Of a stretch of 64,000 nucleotides of DNA, positions 42,347 to 50,902 are shown one piece after another. The position numbers and the translations under genes were made by a program. This stretch comes from an uncultured archaeon (GTDB taxonomy: Archaea; Thermoproteota; Nitrososphaeria; Nitrososphaerales; Gagatemarchaeaceae), in NCBI GenBank assembly GCA_963799775.1, contig CAWCYD010000003.1, forward strand, positions 1,920,001 through 1,984,000, given 5' to 3'. Below the pieces are notes generated by a model that saw only the letters and a program-made list of their open reading frames with translations, had not been told where the DNA came from and ran no database searches. The first letter of the stretch is position 1, and every line of letters starts with the position of its first letter.

Positions 42347-42772
42347 GTGGTAGTCAAGCCCAAGGGAGAAGTTCCCGCCAAGCCCGTCGACAAGGCCGTG
42401 AAGACAGAGATCCAGTGGCTGATCGATAGAAACGACGGAGCACCCAACTTCGAACTGAGGAAGTTCACAATCCGGCCCGGAGGCAGCATCCCGAAGCACT
42501 ACCATCCGGACATAGAGCACGAGCAGTACGTCCTCGGCGGAGACTACGAGCTCGGGATAGACGACAAGGTGTACAGGCTCAAGGCCGGGGACTCCGTGTT
42601 CGTCCCGGCAAAGGCGGTCCACTGGTATCGCAACAGCGGAGCAAAAGACGCGGAGTTCCTCTGCATCATCCCGAAGACAGACAAGTACGAAGCGATCTAC
42701 CTCGAAGAGGAGCAGACGTCGGCCGCCAAACCTAGAGCCTCCTCTCCATCTCGATCGCGTCGTCCCCGTTAG
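42347..42772 (+). CDS. cupin-domain protein
   Basis: PKHYHPDIEHEQYVL...VHWY. Confidence 0.9.
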   Translation: MVVKPKGEVPAKPVDKAVKTEIQWLIDRNDGAPNFELRKFTIRPGGSIPKHYHPDIEHEQYVLGGDYELGIDDKVYRLKAGDSVFVPAKAVHWYRNSGAKDAEFLCIIPKTDKYEAIYLEEEQTSAAKPRASSPSRSRRPR

Positions 42773-43184
42773 GGTAATACCGCCGGACGACCTTGCCTGT
42801 CTCAGTGAACGATAGGCCGTGGTAGAGGCCGATGGCGGGTTCGTTGTTGACGCCGACTAGCAGCCGGACCGTCGAACAGCTACCCGAAAGATACCGGAGC
42901 GCATCGCCCATCAGGAGCTCTCCTATCCCTCTCCGCCTGTAGGCGGACGACACGGCGACGGATTGGATCGACGCCTCCCGTCCTTGGACTTGGGCTATCA
43001 CGTAGCCCACCAGGGACCCGTCTTCCGAGGACGCCACTATGAAGCCCTCCCGACAGGTGACCATGTAGTAGAGGAACTCGAGCCGCCCGTACGGGTGGTC
43101 GGGGAACGACTCCTTCTCGATCCGGGTGACCTGCGCCAGGTCGCCGAGCTCGAAGCGCCTGAGCGTGATACCATCTTCTGACAT
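42732..43184 (-). CDS. rimI: RimI-like N-acetyltransferase
   Basis: IEKESF, RRRGIG, NEPAIGLY, YYPNGDDA. Confidence 0.85.
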   Translation of the reverse strand: MSEDGITLRRFELGDLAQVTRIEKESFPDHPYGRLEFLYYMVTCREGFIVASSEDGSLVGYVIAQVQGREASIQSVAVSSAYRRRGIGELLMGDALRYLSGSCSTVRLLVGVNNEPAIGLYHGLSFTETGKVVRRYYPNGDDAIEMERRL

Positions 43185-43214
43185 GGAATACCCTGAACAT
43201 CGTTCTCAAAATGT

Positions 43215-43232
43215 CGAACAATATTAAATATC
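43215..43232 (+). promoter_or_regulatory. putative BRE/TATA for the Ku-ligase-PolX operon (shared divergent region with rimI)
   Basis: GAACAATATTAAATA about 33-45 bp upstream of ATG 43263. Confidence 0.5.
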
Positions 43233-43262
43233 GAGGAGGCCAACCTTTTCCAAGGTCTAGCC

Positions 43263-44111
43263 ATGGCAAAGAACATCTTCGCCGAGGTGGAGAAGCAGGC
43301 CGACGCGGCGAGCGCCTCGAGGGCATCGTGGCGCGGGTCCTGAGCCTGAACATCCCTACCCTGGGGCTCGGAGCGGTCGAGTACCACATGCGCGCGGCGA
43401 AGGCCCACAGCGACCTCAAGCCGGTCCATTACATCAAAGTGGACAAAAAGTCCGGCAAGGAGGTGGTCCCCCGCGAGGTCCCGAGGATGTACCGCTACAA
43501 GATGGGGCCCCAGCGGCGAGCGTGTCGACATGGAGGAGATCTCGCCAGACGAGGCGAAGAAGAAGGTGAGGTTCGACGGCAAGTGGCTAGTCTCGGTCCG
43601 CACGGAGAAGAGATACTTCCTGAAGCAGGAGCTTGAGGCCTCAGGCCAGTGGATAGAGATTCCCGTCAATCAGGTGATAGACAAGCAGGACGGCGAGGAG
43701 ATAGAGCCCTTCGACAGGACCGTCAGGGTCGAGGTCGACAAGGACGGTTTCGTCCCCCTGGAGAGGCTGGGGGAGTACAAGATGAAGGAGGTCTACCAGC
43801 TGGGGCCGGACACGGACAAGAAGGTGAAGGAGACCGTGTCAAGGGTAAAGCAGCTCGCACGCTATCTCCTCGAGAAGCAGACCGCATTGGTGGCCTTCTT
43901 CTCCTGGGGCAGAGGGTATCAGTTCTACACCGCTGTCATCTATCCTTACGAGAGGAAAGACGGGACGCTCTGGCTCCTCATGGGGATGAGCGAGGGAATC
44001 CTGCAGCTGGACGAGGCCTGGGCGCTCGAGTCGGAGGAGGAGAAGAAGGGGAAGCTGGCCCCTGTCCCGACCGCGACCAGGAAGAAGCCCAAGGTCAGCA
44101 TCTCAAAGTGA
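43263..44111 (+). CDS. ku: divergent Ku-like DNA end-binding protein (about 282 aa after repairing two compensating frameshifts at ~43337 and ~43511)
   Basis: RASWRG(V)LSL resembles Ku RAxWKGxLS; FVPLERL...VYQLGPD...LARYLLEKQTALVAFF resembles the Ku core FVP.EID..Y.L.PD..LL.AL; basic C-terminal tail; directly upstream of a ligase. Confidence 0.65.
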
Positions 44112-44136
44112 TCCAAAAGGAACTGATCGCGCTTCA

Positions 44137-44964
44137 ATGAGCGACGAGCTCTCGAATTACGTCCTCGAGAACTTCGCGCACGCGGTCAAGATGCCGCTCG
44201 CCGATTGGTTGTTGAAGAACGAGCTACCCGCTCTGGCCGAGCCGAAGCTCGACGGCATCAGGGTCTTCCTCTTCAAGAGCGGAGAGAAGCTGATAATCTC
44301 GAGCAAGCGCGGCGAGCTCTACACTCCGAAGAGTAGCCCGAAGGTCTTCTCGACCGTCCCCGAGTTCGTCCACGCGCCCCATAGGATGATCTTGGACGGT
44401 GAATACTTGGCAAAGAAGGGTCTCTTCTTGTTCGACGTCCTCCAAGTCGACGACAGGGACGTGCGCTCCATGCCCCTCACCGAGAGGAAGAAGATTCTCC
44501 ACGAGATCCTGAGAGGCAACAACCTAGAGGTGAAGACGAAGCTCGCGAAGACCACAGAGCAGATTTTGGACCTGAAAGAGAGGTTCATCAAGAAAGGCGA
44601 GGAGGGGATGATGCTCAAGAACCCTACCTCCACCTACGGGCAGCCCAACTCCTGGCTGAAGCTGAAGAGGTTCGACACGATAGACTGCTTCGTCAATGCG
44701 TACGAGGAGACACAGGAGATGAAGAGGACGGGGGTCCCCAGGTCATGGTTCCTAGCGGTTTACGATGACAATGGGCAGAGGGTCGAGATAGGCAAGGTGG
44801 GCGCGTTCCTGGAGAGGGTGAAGCCCCAGGACGTCACCATTGGATCTGTCGTCGAGGTCCGGTTCACCCAGGTCACGGAGGACATGAAGCTCCGCGGGGC
44901 CTTCATCATCCGGGTCAGACACGACAAGACGCCCAGCGAGTGCCTCCTCTCCCAGTTGAAGTGA
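44137..44964 (+). CDS. lig: minimal ATP-dependent DNA ligase (adenylation + OB domains, no N-terminal DNA-binding domain)
   Basis: EPKLDGIR, LDGE, FDVL, EGMMLK, WLKLK, RVRHDK motifs; 275 aa. Confidence 0.93.
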   Translation: MSDELSNYVLENFAHAVKMPLADWLLKNELPALAEPKLDGIRVFLFKSGEKLIISSKRGELYTPKSSPKVFSTVPEFVHAPHRMILDGEYLAKKGLFLFDVLQVDDRDVRSMPLTERKKILHEILRGNNLEVKTKLAKTTEQILDLKERFIKKGEEGMMLKNPTSTYGQPNSWLKLKRFDTIDCFVNAYEETQEMKRTGVPRSWFLAVYDDNGQRVEIGKVGAFLERVKPQDVTIGSVVEVRFTQVTEDMKLRGAFIIRVRHDKTPSECLLSQLK

Positions 44965-45503
44965 CCTTGGCCTACAAGAAGGACCTCGACCCCAAGTTCG
45001 CGAAGAAGATCGCAGACGACTTTCAGAAGAGGACCAATGACCTTTGCAAAAGAATCGACCTCGCGGGGAGCCTGAGAAGGCAAGCGCGTGTCGTGCACGA
45101 CATCGACTTCGCGGTCATCCCCAAGGGCGAGTTCGCAAAGTGGAAGGCGAAGGTCGAGGAGCGTCTTGGGGAGATAGGCGCCAGGGAGATCAACTTCGGC
45201 GAGGTGATAGCAGGCTTCCTCTACAAGGGCGTGCAGATCAACTACTTCATCTGCCCGAGCGAAGATTCTTGGGGCGTGACGTACATGTGGGCCACGGGCC
45301 CCAAGGGGCACACGATAGGCATGACAATAAAGGCACGGAACAAGGGACTGCTCATCAACTCGCAGGGGATTTGGACGCGAGAGACTCCTCCGACCTTGAT
45401 ACCAGCGAGGACGGAGCACGACGTGGCGAGGATCCTCGCTTGGAAGTACAAGCCTCCGGAGACGCGCGGGATTGACGTGAAGGAGAAACGTGCGTTCTAC
45501 TAG
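44961..45503 (+). CDS. polX: minimal family-X DNA polymerase (palm + C-terminal domain only, 180 aa)
   Basis: AGSLRR, HDIDF, ATGP, GLLINSQGI, TEHDV...YKPPETR; GTG start overlaps the ligase TGA. Confidence 0.85.
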   Translation: MTLAYKKDLDPKFAKKIADDFQKRTNDLCKRIDLAGSLRRQARVVHDIDFAVIPKGEFAKWKAKVEERLGEIGAREINFGEVIAGFLYKGVQINYFICPSEDSWGVTYMWATGPKGHTIGMTIKARNKGLLINSQGIWTRETPPTLIPARTEHDVARILAWKYKPPETRGIDVKEKRAFY

Positions 45504-45515
45504 GCGAGCAGGCGC

Positions 45516-45722
45516 TCACCAGATCGTCATGAGCTTGCTCACTTTCTGGGTCGTCTTCTCCCAGTACTTGTAGTAGCACTCGGCGCAGAGCGTCGGTTCG
45601 CTTCTGGCGGCGGGCTGCCCGCACCACTCGCAGGACTTGGCCAAGGCCCTATGGGAGGGGTGGCACTGGGTTATCTCCCTTTTGGAACCTTCTACTTGTG
45701 AAACACTCATCTGGAACTTCAC
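45516..45722 (-). CDS. small zinc-finger protein
   Basis: CEWC...LCAECY. Confidence 0.5.
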   Translation of the reverse strand: MKFQMSVSQVEGSKREITQCHPSHRALAKSCEWCGQPAARSEPTLCAECYYKYWEKTTQKVSKLMTIW

Positions 45723-45921
45723 TCCTCTGGCGTCTCAGGGTGTTGTGCTTTGAGCATGATATACCCGGTTCGACTCGAGGGATTCAGGCTAAGCAGGGTC
45801 TGCAAGAAATGCGGCGCAAGAGTGACAGGGACCGACCCCACGAATCCACAGCTGAACTTCGCAGCCCATAGCAAGCTCCACCAGCCAGACTGACTCTTGG
45901 GCTGAGCTTGTTCTCCTGCAT

Positions 45922-46413
45922 CTATTTGATGATGCCGCCCTCGCCGAGGAAGACAGAGACCGTCGTCCCGTCTGTCAGAAAGACGACGACTTGGCCTTCC
46001 GTCGGAGGCCGTAAGCTGCATCCAATGTCCGGCGGACAGTGCTCCATCGGGACCAGAGGAACGCTCGCTGTCACCTGGATGTCATTCCCAGACATCCTTA
46101 CATTGGTCGTGGCAGACGTATCATTGATCTGCACCGACTTTACCAGAGACGCCGTCGCAGTGTAGCCAGGCTTGGGGTCGAGCACGACGGTGCACGAGAA
46201 CGAACCGCCGGCTGCGCAGCGGCTGCTGATATCCACTGTGAGGTTCTTGTTGGGCGTGGTCGGCAGAAGTGCTATCGCTATTCCCACAGCCAGGATGACG
46301 ACGACCACGGCAGCAACGATCCTGAGCCTCTTCCTCCGCTGTGCGGCTCTCGCCCTGTCCTCTGGCGTGTCGCCTATCATCGTCGGCTCGTCGATAGGCT
46401 GGTCGAGCGACAT
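45922..46413 (-). CDS. single-pass membrane protein, tandem copy 2
   Basis: TM helix and four Cys; N-terminus identical to 46424-46918. Confidence 0.75.
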   Translation of the reverse strand: MSLDQPIDEPTMIGDTPEDRARAAQRRKRLRIVAAVVVVILAVGIAIALLPTTPNKNLTVDISSRCAAGGSFSCTVVLDPKPGYTATASLVKSVQINDTSATTNVRMSGNDIQVTASVPLVPMEHCPPDIGCSLRPPTEGQVVVFLTDGTTVSVFLGEGGIIK

Positions 46414-46423
46414 CAGCCAGTCC

Positions 46424-46918
46424 TCACTCTCCGTTCGTTACGCCTAGCAATGCGGAGACAGTCGTCCCATCTGTCATAAAGACGGTGATTTGTGCGTGTG
46501 TCGGGGGCGGCTGGCTGCACCCGATGTCAGGCAGACAGTGTGACTCCGCGACAAGTGGGACGCTCGCCCCGATCTGAATTTCACTGCCGGCCATCTTCAC
46601 CGTAGAGGTGGTGGTGTCTGTCCCGTTTATCTGCACCGACTTTACCAGAGACGCCGTCGCAGTGTAGCCAGGCTTGGGGTCGAGAAAGACATTGCATGAC
46701 AGCGAACCGCCGGCTGCGCAGCGGCTATTCGCGAAGTCCACCGTGAAGTTCTTGCTGGGTGTGGTCGGGATTAAGGCGACAACGATTCCCACAGCCAGGA
46801 TGACGACGACCACGGCAGCAACGATCCTGAGCCTCTTCCTCCGCTGTGCGGCTCTCGCCCTGTCCTCTGGCGTGTCGCCTATCATCGTCGGCTCGTCGAT
46901 AGGCTGGTCGAGCGACAT
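46424..46918 (-). CDS. single-pass membrane protein, tandem copy 1
   Basis: Same architecture as 45922-46413. Confidence 0.75.
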   Translation of the reverse strand: MSLDQPIDEPTMIGDTPEDRARAAQRRKRLRIVAAVVVVILAVGIVVALIPTTPSKNFTVDFANSRCAAGGSLSCNVFLDPKPGYTATASLVKSVQINGTDTTTSTVKMAGSEIQIGASVPLVAESHCLPDIGCSQPPPTHAQITVFMTDGTTVSALLGVTNGE

Positions 46919-46994
46919 CAGCCTGGTGTCGCAACACCCTCACTTATGAGTTCTTGGTTAGGATTATTCTTACCTTAGAGGTGACAGGTCAACG

Positions 46995-47212
46995 TCAACC
47001 CAGCAAGTAATTGGCGATGTCGTCGGGGTCGATTACGTCGATCTCCGCCACGGTCTCCTCGAGCTGTGCAAGCTCGATCGCGACCTCCCTGGTCATCGTC
47101 TTCCCCGACGCGTCCTTGTATGTCACCACCGATTTCTTGGGTCCTTGGTCGACTCGGCCATCGAGACGTACTCCAGACCCTTCGCCTTGAAAGAAGCTCT
47201 GATGTCCCCCAT
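46995..47212 (-). CDS. small hypothetical protein, probably frameshifted near 47140
   Basis: MGDIRASFKAKGLEYVSM.../KKSVVTYKDASG...IANYLLG. Confidence 0.45.
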
Positions 47213-47288
47213 GAGTGTCAATTCTGCTACCTCGCCAGACGGTGCCGGGCTCCGTCCCTATTAACACTCACAGGACTACGGAAGGGCC

Positions 47289-47585
47289 CTACAGGGGACG
47301 GGCGAAGTCTTTCGTCGTGACGTCGTACGTCTTGCCGTACGTCCTGGTCTCCCCCTTTGCCAGGATGGTGACCGTAATCCTTCCCTCCAAGAGGCTGACG
47401 AGCTCGTAGACCGCGCCGCACTTCGGGCAAGGGAACTTCTTGCCTGCCTCCTTCTCGAAGTTGTTCAGAGCTATCTTGGTCGTGAAGTTGCTGGAGCACT
47501 CCGCGCACACCAATTTGGCCTCCTGTCCGGACCCTGAGGCTTTCTGCGGCTTGGCCCGCTTGGATAGTTTCGACTTGCTCGGCAA
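47289..47585 (-). CDS. zinc-ribbon protein
   Basis: CAEC...CPKCG. Confidence 0.65.
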   Translation of the reverse strand: MPSKSKLSKRAKPQKASGSGQEAKLVCAECSSNFTTKIALNNFEKEAGKKFPCPKCGAVYELVSLLEGRITVTILAKGETRTYGKTYDVTTKDFARPL

Positions 47586-47811
47586 TCCGGCGCTCGGACT
47601 CTGGTGCCGCGTATTTATTCGATGCGCCGTCTCGCACCCTTCTTGCGGCCCGGGTCAAGTCCCTCGGCAAATCGAAGCTATGTCCTATGGCATGTTTCGG
47701 AGTCGGTCGAGGCTCAATCGGATGGAAGCGGCCGCGGTGAGGTATTTCTTACCTACTTAGTAGTAACTTACTACCGGACTTATTAACAAGCGCGCCCTAT
47801 TACCACTTGTC

Positions 47812-48881
47812 ATGTCGAAGGTCTCCGGTCTCATAAAGGGGCTGCATCACATCAGCCTGGTCACGTCCGACCAGGAAGCCAACCGGAGGTTCTACACGGA
47901 GGGTCCTTGGGCTGAGGCGCGTCAAGCTCACCGTGAACCAGGACGACCCAGTTCACCGGCATCTCTTCTACGCCGACGAGAGAGGGACGACAGGGACCGC
48001 GATCACCTTCTTCGAGTGGCCGGAGCTCCCACGTGGGAGCGTAGGTCTTGGGTCTCCGCACCATCTCTCCTATTCGGTCAAGAGCGTCGACGCGCTCCCA
48101 AAATGGATGGCGTGGCTGCGCGAGAACGGTGTTAGCGTGGCCGGCCCGTATCAGAGGCAGGGCCGCCTCTCGCTATACCTGCGCGACCCTGATGGCGTCC
48201 TCGTTGAGGTCACGGCCGCCAACCCCGAGAACGTCTCGGCCGACTATCTCACGCAGCAACTAAAGGACGCGAAGACGCCGCAATTCACCTCTGAGATGAA
48301 ACTTGTAAAATTCGACCACGCGTCCCCCCTCTCGAGCGAGTCCTTGGTAACGCACAAGTTCCACGAGAAGCTGCTCGGCATCGAGGGGTTCTCCGAGAGG
48401 CCCAATCCGGACCAGCCAGGGACGACCCTGGCAGAGGTGGGAACGAGCGATAACCCCGGGTTCCTGAGGTACCTGACCTCGCCGACCGCGCAGACAGGGA
48501 TGGTCGGGAGGGGCAACATACACCACATCGCCTTGGCCGTCGAAGAGGACGAGGACCAGCTGAGGATCAAGCGGAGCCTCGACGATGCGGGGATACACAA
48601 CTCGGGGATAATAGACCGGTTCTGGTTCAGGTCGCTCTACTTCAGAGACCCCGACTACAACCTCCTCGAGATCGCGACGAAGAAGCCAGGGTATGGCGTC
48701 GACGAGCCCGCCGACAAGCTCGGGCACCTCGCTCGTCCTGCCAAAGTGGTTGGAGGGGTCGCGCGGCAAGATAGAGGCGGCGCTGAGGGAGACCGACAGC
48801 AAGAACACGCGCAGCTGGCCTCCAAAATACGAGAAGGTCACCTCTCCTCCGGAGAGCATCCCCTACGGGCAGGTGTCCTGA
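47812..48881 (+). CDS. MhqO/MhqA-like ring-cleaving dioxygenase (VOC), frameshifted near 47905 and 48724
   Basis: GLHHI, VNQDDP..HLFY, IHHIA, DRFWFRSLYFRDP, EIAT. Confidence 0.9.
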
Positions 48882-49501
48882 TGGCGGACCTCGATTTCGT
48901 CCTCAAGTTCGTCCCGTCGACCGGCTCCAAAATGACCCTGCTCCTCCTCCACGGGACCGGGGGCAACGAGAACGACCTGATCCAGATGGGCAAGGAACTC
49001 TCGCCGAAGGCGGCGCTCTTGAGCCCACGCGGCAGGGTGCTCGAGAACGGCGCGCCGCGTTTCTTCAAGCGACTCGGTGAGGGGGTCTTCGACATAAACG
49101 ACCTCACCGAGCAGACGCACGCGCTGGCAAGGTTCATCGACCAGGCCTCGGAGGCCTACGGCTTCGACCGCGGGAGGGTGGTCGCCGTGGGCTACTCCAA
49201 CGGCGCCAACATCGCAGGGAGCCTGCTGATCCTCCACCCGGGCTCGCTTGCAGGCGCGGTCCTCTTCCGCCCGATGGTCCCCTTCGTTCCGCAGACCCTC
49301 CCAAACCTCTCGGGCAAGCCGATAATGATCCTGGCTGGGGCCCGCGACAGGATCGTCTCAGGTGCTGAGACAGTGAAGCTCACCGAGCTCCTCGACAAAG
49401 CTGGGGCGGACGTCACCCTCAGATGGGCCGAGGCTACCCACGCGTTGGCGATAGAGGAACTGATGGCGGCTAGGGAGTGGCTCGCGGCTAAGTTCCCATA
49501 A
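48881..49501 (+). CDS. MhqD-like carboxylesterase/phospholipase
   Basis: LLHGTGGNE, PRFF, GYSNGANIA; TGATG overlap with the dioxygenase. Confidence 0.9.
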   Translation: MADLDFVLKFVPSTGSKMTLLLLHGTGGNENDLIQMGKELSPKAALLSPRGRVLENGAPRFFKRLGEGVFDINDLTEQTHALARFIDQASEAYGFDRGRVVAVGYSNGANIAGSLLILHPGSLAGAVLFRPMVPFVPQTLPNLSGKPIMILAGARDRIVSGAETVKLTELLDKAGADVTLRWAEATHALAIEELMAAREWLAAKFP

Positions 49502-49504
49502 CGC

Positions 49505-49666
49505 TCAATGCCTCCCGTATCCCTTGCAGTGGCAGTCGATCATCTCGCCCTCGCACCCGCTGCAAAGAATCATAAAGGACCCGTCTCCAGCGTTGATGTC
49601 GACCAAGAGCTGTCTCTCGCAGAAGACGCAAACGTGCTTGGACGCAGGGACGGTCGCCACTACCAT
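49505..49666 (-). CDS. small Cys-rich protein (53 aa or more; not in the ORF track)
   Basis: CVFC...CSGC...CHC. Confidence 0.55.
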   Translation of the reverse strand: MVVATVPASKHVCVFCERQLLVDINAGDGSFMILCSGCEGEMIDCHCKGYGRH

Positions 49667-49798
49667 CCCTTCGCCTTCACCCTCATGCAGCGCGACTGAC
49701 GAAAAAAGACACAGATAACCGAGCGGAATCCCGGGACCGTAGCGAAGAGATGAGAGACGATTACAGAAGATGGTTACACTGCTCCCCGTTCAGAAGGC

Positions 49799-50842
49799 CT
49801 ACCTGATTCCAGTGTCTATCGTGACGTTGAGCTGCGTCGTCTGGTTCGCCACTATCGTGAAGCTCTTGGGAAGGGAGGAGCTGCAGCCAGGGAATTGGCA
49901 TGGAGAGAGGCTCAGGGAGTAGTTGCCCGGAAACAGAGACGCCTGGAAGGTCCCTGAGACATTGCAACCATCCGAGACCCAAGAGACCACATAATGCGTC
50001 TGACCTTCTCCAAGGGGTGGTGTAAGGACCGCTTGAATCGAAGAGTACTGAGATGGAGCGGGGCCCATGGAAGAGCTGGCGCTGCACACAGGCTGCGTCG
50101 GCCCGACGTCGAAGGCCGCCAACAATGTCCCGGTTGCGCTTGAACCGGCGATTGTGGTAGTGACCGTCAGCGAACCATTCGCACCCATCACAAAGTGAAG
50201 AAGGACGAGGGATCCCCACTCATCGCCCGCCGCGACCGTGTACGGGCCCGGCTGCAAGGGCGTGGGTGAGGTCGTCGACCCTACGCTGACCCCGCTCGGA
50301 TACAGGGATGTCACGTTGACCTTGGCCGCAATCGCGACGGAGGTCGCGTTGCTTCCGCCAGGAAGGATGACCGCAAGGTCGCTCGTGGGCTGAAAGAGAT
50401 ACCCAGTGACGAGCCTGAGGAACAACGGGCACGGGACGACAGGGAAGATCCGGAGCTGTTGGCCTCCGGAGACGTTCTGGGTGATGTACGTCCCGCGATA
50501 CATCGCCACGCCGAACGGGAGGTCACCTGTCCCACAGGCTCCCATGGAGAGCCCGGTGACAGGCCAATCTGTTGAAGCGGAGGCGTTGTTCAGGCCTTGT
50601 AGCGAGTTGTATTCGTCCACGTAGATCCCCAGAGTCCCGTTAGGAGCGGGGTTCACGGAGAGCTCGAGCTTCAGCGAGCCACTGGCGTTGCTCTCGACGC
50701 TCGCCGTGCTCGTCGAAGTGCTCGAGGACTGCGCAGTCCGCGTGCTCGTGGTCTGACCAGGCTGCGCCGTGATCAGAAAAGCGGCCGCCAGCAAGCCTGC
50801 GACTACAACGACAGAGGCGACGACAGCTAGGCGCGCGTTCAC
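49799..50842 (-). CDS. Ser/Thr-rich surface protein ('AGDEWG' family) with an extra C-terminal domain
   Basis: TM anchor; CG..DLPFGVA, GYLFQP, AGDEWG. Confidence 0.7.
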   Translation of the reverse strand: MNARLAVVASVVVVAGLLAAAFLITAQPGQTTSTRTAQSSSTSTSTASVESNASGSLKLELSVNPAPNGTLGIYVDEYNSLQGLNNASASTDWPVTGLSMGACGTGDLPFGVAMYRGTYITQNVSGGQQLRIFPVVPCPLFLRLVTGYLFQPTSDLAVILPGGSNATSVAIAAKVNVTSLYPSGVSVGSTTSPTPLQPGPYTVAAGDEWGSLVLLHFVMGANGSLTVTTTIAGSSATGTLLAAFDVGPTQPVCSASSSMGPAPSQYSSIQAVLTPPLGEGQTHYVVSWVSDGCNVSGTFQASLFPGNYSLSLSPCQFPGCSSSLPKSFTIVANQTTQLNVTIDTGIR

Positions 50843-50902
50843 GGTCCTTCGTAGCCAAGATTAGTCGGGGGAGTTATAATCCTAGGCTCCAGAACGACCC
50901 TA

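Larger units (their letters stand above)
45922..46923. repeat. tandem duplication of an ~500-bp unit
   Basis: Identical blocks ~46283-46418 / ~46788-46923 and ~46130-46182 / ~46632-46684. Confidence 0.9.

Noticed and set aside
43330-43515. Programmed ribosomal frameshifting in the Ku-like gene
   Set aside because: No slippery heptamer; both shifts are in short homopolymers like the other indels in the window.
43263-45503. Provirus or plasmid origin for the ligase/PolX operon
   Set aside because: No integrase, capsid, terminase or att-like repeats nearby, and composition matches the flanks.
45922-46923. Diversity-generating retroelement TR/VR pair
   Set aside because: Both copies are full ORFs, differences include indels and are not evidently adenine-specific, and no reverse transcriptase is present in the window.
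47933-49501. 522-aa dioxygenase-esterase fusion in the ORF track
   Set aside because: Produced by a frameshift near 48724; the repaired dioxygenase stops at a TGATG overlap at 48879-48883.
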